In this document: piece by piece, positions 49,281 to 59,628 of the stretch
Layout of the letters: every line of letters begins with the position of its first letter
Position numbering within the stretch: position 1 is the first letter of the stretch
DNA from: Candidatus Bathyarchaeia archaeon
GTDB taxonomy: Archaea > Thermoproteota > Bathyarchaeia > Bathyarchaeales > Bathycorpusculaceae
Assembly: GCA_049515895.1 (NCBI GenBank)
Contig: JBEKTQ010000004.1
Location: 1 to 64,000, forward strand
Direction of reading: 5' to 3'
DNA length: 64,000 nt
Notes under the pieces: generated by a model
What the model was told of the DNA's origin: nothing
What the model saw: the letters and a program-made list of their open reading frames with translations, nothing else
Databases searched by the model: none
Made by a program: the position numbers and the translations under genes

Positions 49281-49447
49281 ACTATAAACCTCAAAGATCG
49301 GGAATACGCGAAACCATAACTTACTTTAACCCTTAAACTTTTCCCTCAAAACGGAAAATCCCAAGCACTTTCTTGTCATATTCATCTGCGAATCTGTTAA
49401 TTGCTGAAAATAACCGGCCTTAAAATCTTTGAGGGATTGCAAGTGGC

Positions 49448-49966
49448 TTAACCTGGCAGCACAGTTACGAATCCGCCCATGAAACCTATTTGATCGGGTT
49501 GGCCATCGCTGCCTGTAGTCATCGCCCAGCCTCCTGCACCGGAGTCGCATGGGTAACTGCAGTACCAGCGGTAGACGCCAGCGTTGGCTTCCGTAAACTG
49601 GAAATTGGACACCGTTGGGGTCCCTGTGGTGTTGCTTGGTGGGATTGCGAAATTCACATTTAATGTGGGGCTTGTGAATGAATGCTCGCTGCCGTCGTAG
49701 TTCACAACGGTGAGATAAACAACTTGATTTGTATAGACTGTGAAGTTGCAAGGAACAAAGGCGTCGTGAAGCTTGCCGTCGGGACCAAGAGCCAAGTTGC
49801 CTTGAACCACCAACGTAATGTCTGCAGTTTCGCTGGAAGCTTTGCCGTTAACAGTTGTTGAAGGTTTCAGGTTGTACCCAATAATCGCTCCAAGCACGGC
49901 AACGGCCAGTAAAACAACGATGATTGCGGCAACTGCGAAACCTTTCGGAAAATCACCGCTCGTACT
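49448..49966 (-). CDS. Membrane-anchored cupredoxin-domain protein (start uncertain)
   Basis: P.NFTV, V.LTVVN.D...HSF, GVY.WYC..PC...M. The frame is open to 49966 and includes a TM anchor upstream of the GTG at 49897. Confidence 0.75.
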   Translation of the reverse strand, partial: STSGDFPKGFAVAAIIVVLLAVAVLGAIIGYNLKPSTTVNGKASSETADITLVVQGNLALGPDGKLHDAFVPCNFTVYTNQVVYLTVVNYDGSEHSFTSPTLNVNFAIPPSNTTGTPTVSNFQFTEANAGVYRWYCSYPCDSGAGGWAMTTGSDGQPDQIGFMGGFVTVLPG

Positions 49967-50061
49967 TTATCGCCACAGACAGAATTGACATTGATTCTTT
50001 AATATTTCAACAGGTTTAAATAGATAATTGATTAAGAGATGGATTTTAAAAAAGTGAAAAC

Positions 50062-50640
50062 TTAACCTCTGACTAGTTTGTAGCCTATTTTTACTCCCAT
50101 ATTGTAGCTGTAGGCTAGATTGATTATCATTACTCCCATTGCCTCTAGGTACCGCGCAGCCTTAAGTGGGCCGCAGTCCACGGAGTCAAACCCGATGTCA
50201 CGTGTTAACCGAGCGACTGTCTGTTTAGCTTTTAAGTCGTCGCCAGCCATAAAAGCCGTCAACTGTTCGTTGCCTATCTTGCCTGTGCTTTGGTTGCTGG
50301 CAAAAACGGTGTTGAATGCTTTGACTACCCGTGCTTTGGGTAGCTTCTTTTGGGTTTCTTCTGCTGTGGAGGTTGTGCAGATTATTCCTAAATCACCGTG
50401 GGGTCCTACGGCGTTCATGACATCGATGACAATTTTCCCTTCCGTGAAAGGCGCGATTTCATTAATCGCTTCATCTGCGTTACCGTGGGGTACTGCTAAT
50501 ATGATTATTTCTCCCCATTTCGCCGCTTCAGCAACTGGCTCTGTGGGGCTTCTGTGACCAAACTTCACTTTATGCTTTCCACTTAGGCCCTTGCCAAGTG
50601 AAGTGCCAACGTTGCCTTTTCCGATGATTGCAATTTTCAA
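50062..50640 (-). CDS. NADPH-dependent F420 reductase-like oxidoreductase
   Basis: GKGNVG, LAVP, ID..N, VVKAFNT, GDD..AK, D.G.L..AR.LE. Confidence 0.88.
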   Translation of the reverse strand: MKIAIIGKGNVGTSLGKGLSGKHKVKFGHRSPTEPVAEAAKWGEIIILAVPHGNADEAINEIAPFTEGKIVIDVMNAVGPHGDLGIICTTSTAEETQKKLPKARVVKAFNTVFASNQSTGKIGNEQLTAFMAGDDLKAKQTVARLTRDIGFDSVDCGPLKAARYLEAMGVMIINLAYSYNMGVKIGYKLVRG

Positions 50641-50773
50641 AGTTTTACCTCAACCTATGTGGTTTGGTTGTGGCTCTTTAGAAGTTGTGACTGTGTGATG
50701 CCTACAACAACCGCTTCTAAAGGAAGCTAAGGGGTTAAAAGTTATGGATTTTGGCTCTTTTTAAAAAATATGC

Positions 50774-52513
50774 TTATCCAGTGGCGTATGGTTTGCCGCC
50801 CACTATGTTTGAGCTGTCGATGCTGTTTGGCTCAGAGTTTTGAAGGATCAGGTTATTGGTGTTTCCGTTGATTTCGTTGCTTCTGAACACATTGTAAGTT
50901 GAATTGACAAGAAGGACTCCCACGTAGTTGTCGGTTACAATATTGTTGTTTACTGTGCAGTTTTGGGCGTTTTCAAGCAGAATCCCAGTGCCTATCGCGG
51001 CTGAAGGGGAACCGGTGTTCTTGATTGTGAACCCAGTCACGGCCACGTTGTCGGCATCAATCGAAAGCACTGTTCCGTTATCCGCGCCGTCTATTATGGT
51101 GGTCTGGTTGTTTTGGCTGGTAAATGTTAAGGGTTTGTTGACTGCGACGTTTTCTTGGTACGTCCCAGACTTAACGAGAAGCAAGTGGCCTTCGTAGGTT
51201 GCGAAGGATGACACCGCGTCTTGGATGGTGTTGTATCCTAAACTGTCGTTTAAGTCTACGATTTGGTAGTTCGCACCGTTTTCAAAGTTTTGCGGCCAAT
51301 AGAGGCTTTTGCTGTATTCGCTTTGAATCAAGCTTCGGAATTGGGGGTCGCTGTAGACGATGTCTAAGCGCCCCTTGTATTTGGCGACAAGGTTTGTGAT
51401 GTCGGTGTAGAGTTGCCGGCTCCAATGAGTGGCTGTGTGATTTTGCCATATTGAATCATCTATGTTGCGGAAGCCGATCCCGTAGTCTTGCGGGAGCACA
51501 ACGGCGGCGTCTGCTTTGAGGCTGCCATAATTGTTAGGGTTTTGATGCATGTAGCTCCAGAATTCCTGAAGCTTAGTGCGGTATTGTGGGTTTAAAGTCG
51601 TATTCAGGTAGTTCTGCGTCGAGTCATAAATGGCTACGTATGATGCGCCTGAATCATAAGCCAAGACGATGTCGCTGTACATTTGATCGGGAGGCTCCAA
51701 GTAGATTCCACCATTAGTTGTTCCATTGTATGTCCAGGTCACGATGGCGCCCCAAGTCTGGTTCTGGGCCGCCGCAGCGCCTCTGACTAGGCTAATCTGC
51801 ATCGGTCTGCTGTCATTCCAGCCGAACTGCGCCAAAACTGTGTTGTACCCGAGTTCATAGTCAAACCAATACAAGCCGTAATCAGAAGTAAATAGCGAGG
51901 AATTTCTGCTCTTGAAGAAGCTGGAAGTTGCAGTTAGGCCGCCGCCGCTGCCATGTGTCCAAAGCCAAAAGAAGTAGTTGGTATAGTCCAAGTAGCTTTT
52001 CGCTGGAGAAGTTGGGGTTATGATAGTTTGGTTTTCTATGATTTGGGTTGTGTCCAGTTGGCTTCCCGCAGGTTCATCATAATAGTAGACGCCGAGCAAA
52101 TGGTCTCCATACCGCTCTTGAGCCGCATTGAACCATTCGTAGGGTGTGTAGCCGTTTTGATTTAAGAAGAACTGTTGGTAGAACTCGGGCATAAAGTACA
52201 TTCCTGCTGTGTAGGCGTAGTCACATACTTGGTTAAGCTCCGTCTCATTCTTGATGACTTGCGGCGACGCGATAATGTACATGTTAGTGTAATTTTTGAC
52301 TTGGTCAATTATGGCTTCACATTGGGCAACCGTGGCGCTCCATCCTGTTTCAATTCCCACGTAGAAAGGCTTGGATGGCCCCTCGGTTTGTTTTGCGGGC
52401 GAAAGAAGGTTGGAAGCTACAAAGAAAGACACAATTATTATTGCTATGAGCACCGTGGCAATCAGGATTTTTCTATGCTTCACCGAGTTTGTGTCACCTG
52501 AATTAATAAGCAA
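50774..52513 (-). CDS. Membrane-anchored secreted protein: glycoside-hydrolase-like domain plus NosD/parallel beta-helix repeats
   Basis: N-terminal TM; YYYDEP, FTSDY.L.WFDY; C-terminal TIQ.A, G.Y.ENV.V.K, IIDG, V.GFTI, N-rich repeats. Confidence 0.65.
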   Translation of the reverse strand: MLINSGDTNSVKHRKILIATVLIAIIIVSFFVASNLLSPAKQTEGPSKPFYVGIETGWSATVAQCEAIIDQVKNYTNMYIIASPQVIKNETELNQVCDYAYTAGMYFMPEFYQQFFLNQNGYTPYEWFNAAQERYGDHLLGVYYYDEPAGSQLDTTQIIENQTIITPTSPAKSYLDYTNYFFWLWTHGSGGGLTATSSFFKSRNSSLFTSDYGLYWFDYELGYNTVLAQFGWNDSRPMQISLVRGAAAAQNQTWGAIVTWTYNGTTNGGIYLEPPDQMYSDIVLAYDSGASYVAIYDSTQNYLNTTLNPQYRTKLQEFWSYMHQNPNNYGSLKADAAVVLPQDYGIGFRNIDDSIWQNHTATHWSRQLYTDITNLVAKYKGRLDIVYSDPQFRSLIQSEYSKSLYWPQNFENGANYQIVDLNDSLGYNTIQDAVSSFATYEGHLLLVKSGTYQENVAVNKPLTFTSQNNQTTIIDGADNGTVLSIDADNVAVTGFTIKNTGSPSAAIGTGILLENAQNCTVNNNIVTDNYVGVLLVNSTYNVFRSNEINGNTNNLILQNSEPNSIDSSNIVGGKPYATG

Positions 52514-52630
52514 TTTTCATTCACTTATTTACTTCTGTTCTAGATCTACGAAATCAGGGCACAACTTGCGCTCTCCATGCTAAAGGCTTTAAGCAATCCG
52601 TAATATAACAAACGGCTGAGGTGTGAAACT

Positions 52631-53527
52631 TTGGACAAGACAGACGTTATACTAAGCCAGCTGCTGCTCTCAGACTCCCGACTTTCTTACCGCGAACTAG
52701 GCGAGAAACTGAACCTTTCTGTGACGGCAGTTCACAACCGCATTCAATCCCTAATCCAGCTTGGCATCATAAGGAAGTTCACCGCTAAACTCAGCCTAAT
52801 AGCCAAAAACGGCATTCCTATCTTAATCTTCGGGACCTCAAAACTCAATTCGACCCGGGACTTAAACCCCAAACTGGAAAGGAACCGGTCTATTTACTGG
52901 CTGGCACTTAGTGGCGGAAACATCCTGTACATTGGCGCTTACCTCAAGAACATTGCTGAATTGGAAGGGCTGGTTCGCTTCGTCAAAGAAGCGGCTCAGA
53001 TCCCTGAGCCCACAGTCGGAATAACCGTTTCTTCTGTACCTGCCTCCATGCAATTCAACTTTAATCCTGAAACAAAACTTTGTGAGCTTGACTATAGAAT
53101 TGTCCGTTCACTAAAAGATGATTCGCGCAAAGCTACCTCAAAGGTTGCTGAGGAGATAGGTGTTTCCGCTAAAACGGTTCGCCGTAGACTAACTCGAATG
53201 ACAAAGAACTATCTCATCACGCTGTCTATAGACTGGTACCCTGATGCTTCAAACGACATAATCTCCGCTTTCCACGTTCAGCTCAAACCTGAAGCTGACC
53301 CAAACGCCGTTAACGCAATCTGGCAGAAACATTACCCGAACGCGCTTTTCTATTGGGGTTTCAGCAACATACCGAACACCTACCTTTTTCTGGTTTGGAC
53401 ACCTACCGCAAAGGAACTACGTGAAATTCGAGAAAGCCTGGAAAACGAATCAGCAGTGCAGGCGGTGTCACCGAACATCTTGTACACAGGTTACATTTTC
53501 CCGACGTGGATCGATGACATTCCATAA
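52631..53527 (+). CDS. Lrp/AsnC family regulator with duplicated HTH module
   Basis: D.TD..I...L..DSR.SY.EL and a second LD..I...L..DSR.....A...GVS..TV.RR. Confidence 0.85.
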   Translation: MDKTDVILSQLLLSDSRLSYRELGEKLNLSVTAVHNRIQSLIQLGIIRKFTAKLSLIAKNGIPILIFGTSKLNSTRDLNPKLERNRSIYWLALSGGNILYIGAYLKNIAELEGLVRFVKEAAQIPEPTVGITVSSVPASMQFNFNPETKLCELDYRIVRSLKDDSRKATSKVAEEIGVSAKTVRRRLTRMTKNYLITLSIDWYPDASNDIISAFHVQLKPEADPNAVNAIWQKHYPNALFYWGFSNIPNTYLFLVWTPTAKELREIRESLENESAVQAVSPNILYTGYIFPTWIDDIP

Positions 53528-53655
53528 AACTGGGCAAGTCCCGTTCTTTCACCCATTTTAGTTGAAAGCAGACTTTCTAGGCTCTGCCAAGTGCATTTCT
53601 TTCTGCAACTCCTAAACATGAAACTAAATTGCGCCGCGCCTATTGGGAACTTGAG

Positions 53656-54411
53656 ATGACCAAAATGTCGGAATCAGCAATAGAAATCAGAAACCTCACC
53701 AAAAAATTCGAAGACAAGGCGGCGCTGAACAGCCTCAACCTTAAAGTCGGTAAAGGCGAACTATTCGGGCTTCTGGGGCCAAATGGCGCAGGCAAAACAA
53801 CCACCATCAACATCCTATGCGGAATCATGAAACCCACAGGTGGTACAGCCAAAATCTGCGGCTACGACGTTCAGACCGAAACTCAGAAAGTCAAGGAGCT
53901 AATCGGGGTTTGCCCTCAAGAAACAGCCATCTACCCCTACTTATCTGGCGTAGAAAACCTGCAGCTTTTCGGGAACCTACATTGCATGAGCAAGAAGATG
54001 CTTAGAGAAAGGATCAGATTGCTGCTTTCTACATTGGGGCTTGAGGACGACGCGAAAAGAGTGGCGGCAAAATACAGCGGCGGAATGAAACGGCGCCTTA
54101 GTTTGGCTTTGGCTTTAATTCATAACCCACAAGTAGTGTTTCTGGATGAGCCCACAGTAGCTATGGATCCGCAGTCTCGCCACGCAGTCTGGGGCTTCAT
54201 AAAAAACCAAAAAACCAACGGCAAAACCGTTGTTTTAACCACTCATTACATGGAGGAAGCCGAGGAAATATGCGACCGAGTAGGCATAATTGACCACGGG
54301 AAACTCATCGCGCAAGGCATCCCAAAAGAGCTCATTGCCAAAAGCCAAGTCAAGAATCTGGAGGAACTTTTCATTAAACTTACAGGAAGAACCATCCGGG
54401 AGGAAGCCTAA
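53656..54411 (+). CDS. ABC-2 type exporter ATP-binding protein
   Basis: GPNGAGKTT, YSGGMKRR, FLDEPT, TTHYMEEA. Confidence 0.93.
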   Translation: MTKMSESAIEIRNLTKKFEDKAALNSLNLKVGKGELFGLLGPNGAGKTTTINILCGIMKPTGGTAKICGYDVQTETQKVKELIGVCPQETAIYPYLSGVENLQLFGNLHCMSKKMLRERIRLLLSTLGLEDDAKRVAAKYSGGMKRRLSLALALIHNPQVVFLDEPTVAMDPQSRHAVWGFIKNQKTNGKTVVLTTHYMEEAEEICDRVGIIDHGKLIAQGIPKELIAKSQVKNLEELFIKLTGRTIREEA

Positions 54412-55566
54412 ATGAAACTGCAACGAATAACTGCATTAGCCAAGAAGGAACTCAAAAGAACAATACGCGAACCATCCGTGCTCTTCATGATTTTCCTTTT
54501 CCCCATAATCTTTGTATTCGCCTTCGGGGCATCGTTCGGCGGAGTAGGCGGCCAAACAGTAACATACAACGTCGGTGTCGTCAACATGGACCATTCAAAC
54601 AGCGTTAACGCCTCACAAATACTTGTCACAACGTTAGTTGACACCAAGATAATCGATTTGCACTTTTACACCAGCAATGAAACTGCGCAAACAGACCTTT
54701 CTCAAGGCACAGTGCAGGCAGTAATGGTTATTCCGTCGGATTTCAGCGAAGGCCTATCTGCTTACCAAGCATCACCGAATAACCCTTCCCAATGGACAAA
54801 CACCACGGTTCAACTGTACCTTGACGAAGGCTCCTTAGTTGCAACCCAAGCAATCCCGCCAATCATTCAACAAGCCGTTGCATCCATGGCGGGGCAGAAC
54901 CAGCATGTTCAGAGTCCCTTCCAGATCCAAACCGCTTCACTGGTTGCAGCAAAAGCAACCCCAGCTCTTGACTTCATCGCACCAGGCATGTTTACCTTTG
55001 CGTCTATTTTCCTGATAATGATGGTTGCCCAATCGTTCACCCAGGACAGGGAAAACGGCATGATGAAACGCATCCGCATCTCGCCTACAACGCCCACCGA
55101 GTTCATGGCAAGCCAAGTCGTTTCTTACACGGGCATCGCGCTAATCCAAGCGGCCTTAGTCTTCGCAATGACCTATGCCTTAGGCTTCAGACCACCTGTC
55201 GGGGCATCCACATACGGGTTTGCCTTCATGATCGTGCTTGTGTTTTCGCTTTCCAACATTGGGTTCGGCTTAATTACCGCAACAATTTCAAAATCCGCGA
55301 GTGCAGCAACAGGCTTAAGCTTCCTGTTCGTGCTTCCGCAACTTTTCCTAGGCACATTCGTTGGTGCATCGCTTTCTTCAGGCGCTCAAGTCGCAGGCAA
55401 ATTCGTTCCCAGCTACTACGTCACAAACGCGTTAACGTCGCTTTTCCTCAGAGGCGCCGCAGTCACAAGCCCAACGGTTCTTGTTGATTTGGCGGTGGTT
55501 TCAGTGTCTTGTGTAGCTATCTTGGCGATAGGGATAGCGCTGTATGCAAGGTACTACAAAATTTAA
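54412..55566 (+). CDS. ABC-2 type exporter permease
   Basis: KE.KR..R, TM, large loop, PG, DRENG...R...P, six-TM pattern. Confidence 0.9.
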   Translation: MKLQRITALAKKELKRTIREPSVLFMIFLFPIIFVFAFGASFGGVGGQTVTYNVGVVNMDHSNSVNASQILVTTLVDTKIIDLHFYTSNETAQTDLSQGTVQAVMVIPSDFSEGLSAYQASPNNPSQWTNTTVQLYLDEGSLVATQAIPPIIQQAVASMAGQNQHVQSPFQIQTASLVAAKATPALDFIAPGMFTFASIFLIMMVAQSFTQDRENGMMKRIRISPTTPTEFMASQVVSYTGIALIQAALVFAMTYALGFRPPVGASTYGFAFMIVLVFSLSNIGFGLITATISKSASAATGLSFLFVLPQLFLGTFVGASLSSGAQVAGKFVPSYYVTNALTSLFLRGAAVTSPTVLVDLAVVSVSCVAILAIGIALYARYYKI

Positions 55567-55627
55567 CTCTCTTTCTTTATGTAATCTTTTTTATCTAAGC
55601 GCTCTCTTGAATACTTGAGGTTTCTTT

Positions 55628-56581
55628 TTGAAATTAAGAGAAGCATTTTCCGATGAGTTCGAACCAGTTCCACCTTACAGCTTCGACCTTACTTTGCGCA
55701 AGCCGGCTGGCTGGTGGTGGTCCACACCTGACGAAGTCTTCGAGGCGGGAACTTGCTGGACCCTCACACGGTTTGGCGGCGAACTTTTAGGTATGAAACT
55801 GTGGTCAACTGGAACTGTGCAGAAACCCAAAATAAACTGCACCATTTACTCCAAAACCGCCTTTGACGCCTCCGACACACAAGGTGTAAAGCAGATGCTG
55901 AAAATGGCGCTGAAGATAGATGAAGACCTCAAAGAATTCTATAAACTCAGCGGCAAAGACGACATTTTGTGTGACGTGGTCAAGGATTTGTTCGGCATGC
56001 ACACCGTGGGTTGGCCTGAGTTGTTTCCCGCCTTGATTTTAGCCGTAACGCTACAGATGGCGCCCATGAAAAGAAGCAACCAAATGATTGACTCACTGAT
56101 TACAATGTTCGGCGACAAAGCCAGTTTTGACGGAAAAACCATGAGTTACTGGCCCTCTTCCGAAACAATTGCCAAGTCTGCTGTTGAAGATCTTATGGCT
56201 AAGGCTAAACTTGGGTACAGAGCCAAAAACCTCAGGGCGATAGCAGAGGCGTTGGACCAAGGTTTTCCCAGCATGGATGACTTGTGGATCATGGCTCCTG
56301 AAGAGGCGAAGAAAAAGCTACGTACCTTAAGAGGAATCGGCGACTACTCAGCGGAACTTGTGATGCCGAGGATGGGGTTTCCGCTTGACGTTTGGAGCGC
56401 CAAAATTTTCAGTGTCCTATTTCACGGCAAGAGACCTGGCAATCCACGGGAAGCCATACCTACTCTCAAGAAGGCTGCGGAGGAGCGATGGGGTGACTGG
56501 AGGGGTTACGCTTTTGTCTACATCCTAAATGATCTGCCTCAACTATCAGAGAGATTAGGTGTTGACTTCACCAAATTCTAA
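55628..56581 (+). CDS. AlkA-like DNA-3-methyladenine glycosylase (HhH-GPD)
   Basis: LGYRA, LRGIGDYSA (HhH), FPLDVW, WG.WRGY. Confidence 0.85.
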   Translation: MKLREAFSDEFEPVPPYSFDLTLRKPAGWWWSTPDEVFEAGTCWTLTRFGGELLGMKLWSTGTVQKPKINCTIYSKTAFDASDTQGVKQMLKMALKIDEDLKEFYKLSGKDDILCDVVKDLFGMHTVGWPELFPALILAVTLQMAPMKRSNQMIDSLITMFGDKASFDGKTMSYWPSSETIAKSAVEDLMAKAKLGYRAKNLRAIAEALDQGFPSMDDLWIMAPEEAKKKLRTLRGIGDYSAELVMPRMGFPLDVWSAKIFSVLFHGKRPGNPREAIPTLKKAAEERWGDWRGYAFVYILNDLPQLSERLGVDFTKF

Positions 56582-56697
56582 GTTATGGGGGAACTAAATC
56601 TTTAATTCCGTGACAGCCTCGTTGTTTGAAAATCCCTAACCCATTCGGGACAATGGCTATTTGGGGAGCAGCCCAATGTATCAACTAGGTATTAGAA

Positions 56698-58332
56698 ATG
56701 AGTCAAAACCAAATGTTCTGTTATCAATGCGAACAAACTGCCAAAGGGCAAGGTTGCACCGTAGCAGGCGTCTGCGGAAAAACCGCGGATGTCTCTGCAC
56801 TTCAAGACTTGCTTGTCTACATGCTCCGCGGACTTGGGCAGCTGTCAAATGAAGCCCGAGAAGCAGGGGTAAGGGATGAAGACATTGATCTGTTTGCTTG
56901 CGAAGCCCTCTTTTCTACTTTGACAAACGTGAACTTTGACCCTGAAGCAATAACTGCTTACATAAGAAAAACAGCGCATTACCAGGAGCAGGTACGTAGC
57001 AGACTTTTCGCAATAAAAGGTACAGTCAACTCGACATTTAATCTGAAGTTGGAAAAAACCACGGCCGCCCTTGTTCAACAGGGAAAACTATACGGCATAA
57101 ACTCTGGCGTCACGGTTGACCCTGACCTGCATTCGCTCCAGTGGCTGCTGACTTACGGGTTAAAAGGAGTAGCCGCCTACACGTATCATGCTGCTATGCT
57201 CGGCAAGAAAGATGATAAGGTTTTCGATTTCATAAATCAGGGACTCGCGGCTCCGATTGACAAATCGCTTGGCTCCAACGAGTTTGTAGGTTTAGTTTTC
57301 AAATGCGGAGAAATCAACGTTCGCGCAATGGAGCTTTTGGACGCTGGAAACACTGAGAAGTACGGTCATCCAACTCCTACGCGGGTGCCTTTGGGACACA
57401 AGAAGGGCAAAGCGATACTTGTTTCGGGTCATGACCTCATCGATTTGGAAGCTATTCTAAAGCAAACTGAAGGAAAAGACATTAATGTTTACACTCACGG
57501 CGAAATGCTGCCTACCCACGGCTACCCCGCTCTCAAGAAATACCCGCATTTTTACGGTCATTACGGAACCGCGTGGCAGAATCAGCAGAAAGAGTTTGCT
57601 CAATTTCCGGGCGCCATTTTGATGACGACCAACTGCATCCAAAGACCCGTAGAAAGCTATAAAGACAACATTTTCACTTCAGGACCCGTCGGGTACCCAG
57701 GCGTCCCACACATTAGCGGCAGAGACTTCTCGCCTGTGATCCAGAAAGCACTTGAAATGCCGGGTTTCCAAGAGGACGTTGTGGGCAAGACCGTTCTGGT
57801 CGGCTTTGGAAGAAACGCCGTGCTTGGCGTGGCGGACAAAGTCATAGCCTCAGTCAAGAGTGGGCACATCAAACGGTTCATACTGGTCGGTGGGTGCGAC
57901 GGAGCAAAACCTGGTAGAAACTACTTCACGGAATTTGTTGAAAAAGCACCCAAAAACACCATCATTCTAACGTTGGCATGCGGAAAATTCCGTTTCTTCG
58001 ACAAAGATCTCGGCGCAATCGATGAAATCCCACGGTTACTGGACATTGGGCAATGCAATGACGCTTACTCAGCTGTTAAGATAGCGCAGGCTTTAGGGGA
58101 AGCATTCGGCGTGTCAATCAACGAGTTGCCGCTGTCGCTAGTGCTGTCATGGTATGAACAGAAAGCCGTTGCCATTTTGCTGTCACTGCTGTACCTTGGC
58201 ATTAAAGACATTCGCATTGGACCAAGTCTGCCCGCTTTCATAACACCAGGCATACTCAACGTGCTTGTGGAAAAATTCAATATTATGCCCATAAAGACGC
58301 CTGACGAAGACTTGAAAGAAATCATGAAATAA
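56698..58332 (+). CDS. hcp: Hybrid-cluster protein (hydroxylamine reductase)
   Basis: MFCYQCEQT...GC...GVCGK, SGHDL, YTHGEMLP, GGCDG, GQCND, SWYEQKA. Confidence 0.97.
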   Translation: MSQNQMFCYQCEQTAKGQGCTVAGVCGKTADVSALQDLLVYMLRGLGQLSNEAREAGVRDEDIDLFACEALFSTLTNVNFDPEAITAYIRKTAHYQEQVRSRLFAIKGTVNSTFNLKLEKTTAALVQQGKLYGINSGVTVDPDLHSLQWLLTYGLKGVAAYTYHAAMLGKKDDKVFDFINQGLAAPIDKSLGSNEFVGLVFKCGEINVRAMELLDAGNTEKYGHPTPTRVPLGHKKGKAILVSGHDLIDLEAILKQTEGKDINVYTHGEMLPTHGYPALKKYPHFYGHYGTAWQNQQKEFAQFPGAILMTTNCIQRPVESYKDNIFTSGPVGYPGVPHISGRDFSPVIQKALEMPGFQEDVVGKTVLVGFGRNAVLGVADKVIASVKSGHIKRFILVGGCDGAKPGRNYFTEFVEKAPKNTIILTLACGKFRFFDKDLGAIDEIPRLLDIGQCNDAYSAVKIAQALGEAFGVSINELPLSLVLSWYEQKAVAILLSLLYLGIKDIRIGPSLPAFITPGILNVLVEKFNIMPIKTPDEDLKEIMK

Positions 58333-58591
58333 ACTCCCCCTTTCTTCTTTTTTAGTCTCATTTTTCTAAAGCACAATCCTGAAGAATTCTAACTCAAAAT
58401 TGAACAAAAGACATATTGATAGAACTCTTTTGCTAAAGAAAATCTACGCTAACGGACGCTCAGTTACCAGCCGAGTAACAATTAAGAATCAGACTCAGAC
58501 CGCTAAGAAAATGTTGTGAACACCACAATCTAAAAAAGGGAGTACGCATGAAACATCGACACCATGAGTCTTCCATAGGAGAAATTAGTTC

Positions 58592-59260
58592 TTGACCGTT
58601 TACTTATCCAGCATAGTCGGAAGCGCAAGCATAGGCGTATACGCACTAGCAACTGAGAATATAGTGATGATTCCAAGAATGGTGCCGCAGGAAAAAGCTC
58701 AAGAAATCGCTGATTGGCTGAAGGCTAAGCTGGTTTACACATCAATAGGCGGATCGGTTCTCGCAGGTGCCTTAGCTTGTGCAAACTCCAACGGTATGCT
58801 ACTGCCACACTACATACGTGAAGAGGAACTTACGCAGATAAAATCCGCTTTCGAAGGAAACATCACCATTATGGAAACAAAAAAGACGGCTTACGGCAAT
58901 CTGATCCTTGTTAACGACAAGGGCGCAGTGGCTGACCCGCGTTTGAAAAAACCTGAGACAAAACTAATTAGCGACACCCTCGGAGTTGAAGTTGTGCCGA
59001 CGGAAATAGCGGGATTACCGTATGTGGGGTCGCTAGCCGTGGCAACTAACAGCGGATTACTTGCGCACCCGCTTCTGAAGGATGAAGAAAGAAAAGTTTT
59101 GGAAAACGTTTTCAAGGTTCCAGTTGATGTGGGCACGGTTAACTGCGGTGTCCCCTACGTTGGAACAGGCCTTATTGCTAACTCACACGCTTCGGTGGCT
59201 GGCTCTATGACAACTGGACCAGAGATGTTCATAATTGAGCACGCCTTAGGAACTTTATAA
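58592..59260 (+). CDS. eif6: Translation initiation factor 6 (aIF6)
   Basis: IGVY, NSNG.L, GN..L.ND.GA, GTVN.G.P.VG.G, TTGPE. Confidence 0.95.
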   Translation: MTVYLSSIVGSASIGVYALATENIVMIPRMVPQEKAQEIADWLKAKLVYTSIGGSVLAGALACANSNGMLLPHYIREEELTQIKSAFEGNITIMETKKTAYGNLILVNDKGAVADPRLKKPETKLISDTLGVEVVPTEIAGLPYVGSLAVATNSGLLAHPLLKDEERKVLENVFKVPVDVGTVNCGVPYVGTGLIANSHASVAGSMTTGPEMFIIEHALGTL

Positions 59261-59387
59261 TGGCCAAGAGACTTAGTTCACATTAATCTTTACACAGAGT
59301 TGAAAGATGCGGAGCTTAGACCTCTATTTTTCGGTGAATATGTTTATTATTGGGAACGCTGTGGTTGTTGTGCGGAAAGATTGAAAA

Positions 59388-59615
59388 ATGAAAGCTTTCA
59401 AAGTAACCGGCCAAATCAACAAGCCGAATTTAAAGACTCCATTCGTCAGAGAACTGTTAGCGGACAAGAGTGAGCATGCGGTGGAGAAGGTTTTCGCCGA
59501 AATAGGTAGTAGGCACCGTGTGAAAAGATGTCACATTAAAATCACCGATGTCCAGGAAATTTCTGCTGACCAAATTGAGAATGCCATTCTTAAGAAAATA
59601 GTCATGGAGCAATAA
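59388..59615 (+). CDS. rpl18a: 50S ribosomal protein L18a (LX/eL20)
   Basis: F.V.G, A.EK....GSRH.VKR..I.I; lies between eif6 and pfdA. Confidence 0.92.
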   Translation: MKAFKVTGQINKPNLKTPFVRELLADKSEHAVEKVFAEIGSRHRVKRCHIKITDVQEISADQIENAILKKIVMEQ

Positions 59616-59628
59616 GGAGAATAAACTT

